Of a stretch of DNA of 64,000 bases, positions 63,968 to 64,000 are shown piece after piece (the first letter of the stretch is position 1; each line of letters opens with the position of its first letter). The translations under genes were made by a program, and so were the position numbers. The notes beneath the pieces are model-generated. The model searched no databases, was not told where the DNA came from, and saw only the letters and a program-made list of their open reading frames with translations. The DNA lies in IMG/VR virus record IMGVR_UViG_3300009082_000017, positions 64,001 to 128,000 of that record, one strand, 5' to 3'. Origin of the DNA: a virus.

Positions 63968-64000
63968 TATGACACATTGGAATCACCGTGTAGTAAAGAA

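Noticed and set aside
1-64000. Stop-codon recoding (alternative genetic code)
   Set aside because: Recognisable enzymes are full length under code 11 and end at TAA, TAG and TGA; the short ORFs have their own SD sequences.

Overview
This AT-rich window carries densely packed genes, essentially all on the + strand, and reads as the accessory arm of a large (possibly jumbo) bacteriophage genome. No structural genes fall in the window. Recognisable content: about 100 short hypothetical ORFs driven by near-consensus sigma70 promoters; a tRNA-Arg(TCT); a Prs-like plus NAMPT-like NAD pair (NARP1-like); an RNA ligase plus polynucleotide kinase pair; a DNA ligase; an IMPDH/GMP-reductase-family enzyme; a DenV-like glycosylase; three solitary DNA methyltransferases; HNH and GIY-YIG homing endonucleases; three TnpB genes without a transposase; a 13-kb sugar biosynthesis/glycosyltransferase cluster; and a XerC/D-like tyrosine recombinase. 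The main unexplained structure is a dyad, roughly CCC-AT(G/A)AAA-N6-TTT(C/T)AT-GGG, of which I counted about 64 copies by eye. Its 6-bp centre is almost invariant in length but differs in sequence at every copy. The sites lie at gene junctions, frequently supply the stop codon of the upstream gene and sometimes the start of the downstream gene, and bracket methyltransferases, TnpBs and a non-coding unit as discrete modules. With the recombinase present, this suggests an undescribed phage gene-cassette system built on dif/lox-like sites. A stoperator-like repressor network is the main alternative. All product calls come from motifs read by eye; no database search was run.
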